A stretch of 59,213 nucleotides of DNA. Source: a virus. Taxonomy: Duplodnaviria; Caudoviricetes. Shown here piece by piece: positions 58,738-59,213 of the stretch. The stretch is taken from positions 1 to 59,213 of IMG/VR virus record IMGVR_UViG_3300033145_001323, one strand, 5' to 3'. The number at the start of each line of letters is the position of its first letter. The first letter of the stretch is position 1. The position numbers were made by a program, and so were the translations under genes. The notes beneath the pieces are model-generated. The model searched no databases. It saw nothing but the letters and a program-made list of their open reading frames with translations, and was not told the origin of the DNA.

Positions 58738-59213
58738 ATGATATCAGCAAATTGCGTATGGGAAATACGCACAACAGGAAGTAATAATAATGGAGGAGGA
58801 TATGTCGGTGGGGGGACTGATTATTCTCAACAAGATGCGGCTCAACTATCGCTTACGGATTTGGCAATGAAGTCTGTGCCTGATGCTGTTTTTAATGGCG
58901 CTGGCTTAGACGATATGGTAAGTAGTGGAATTGCTACTGCTCTTGGAATTAGTTTCAAAATAGAAATAGATAGCGTAGGAGCGACCGATACTTTCAAATG
59001 GTCAGATGACGGTGGTGCAACTTGGAATGCTACACTTGTAGCAATAACAGGAGGGGCACAAGCTTTAAGCAATGGAGTATCTGTAACCTTTACAGCAACA
59101 ACAGGACATACTGCAGGAGATTATTGGACTTTAACAACTAATTTTAATTTAACTTCAGCGACAGGAGGATTAACTGCGGCAATGGTTGGTAATTTAATTC
59201 AGATTACAGCAGG
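58738..59213 (+). CDS. probable virion/tail protein, truncated by the window end
   Basis: Open from ATG 58738: MISANCVWEIRTTGSNNNGGGY.., Gly/Thr/Ala-rich. Confidence 0.65.
   Translation, partial: MISANCVWEIRTTGSNNNGGGYVGGGTDYSQQDAAQLSLTDLAMKSVPDAVFNGAGLDDMVSSGIATALGISFKIEIDSVGATDTFKWSDDGGATWNATLVAITGGAQALSNGVSVTFTATTGHTAGDYWTLTTNFNLTSATGGLTAAMVGNLIQITA

Noticed and set aside
1-59213. Alternative genetic code
   Set aside because: Long genes (rtcB, portal, MCP, 1516-aa protein) are intact under the standard code.

Overview
AT-rich segment of a tailed dsDNA phage genome; the host cannot be identified from the sequence. The left arm (1 to ~31.5 kb) is transcribed leftward. It holds dozens of small hypothetical early/accessory genes, a solo TnpB, an intein-containing P-loop ATPase, a 3D-domain protein, RtcB, and a 658-aa protein with a TerD-like C-terminus. 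That gene is preceded by three structurally identical, covarying bulged RNA hairpins and a tRNA mimic carrying a permuted copy of the same motif in its anticodon arm, a candidate Ro60/Y-RNA-like ribonucleoprotein system. The left arm also shows DnaA-box-anchored promoters at fixed spacing, most of 11 copies of a GTGCAC-N4/5-GTGCAC motif, genes enclosed in long stems, and about 46 CAATTG sites (hand count) between 19.1 and 28.55 kb. The right arm (31.6 kb to end) is transcribed rightward: portal, a double-protease/scaffold fusion, decoration protein, Mu gpT-like major capsid protein, a ~13-kb glycosyltransferase/methyltransferase island, and a 1516-aa protein with seven propeller-like repeats and mucin-like Ser-Pro-Ser-x tracts (candidate virion glycosylation system). 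All calls come from reading motifs by eye; no searches were run.
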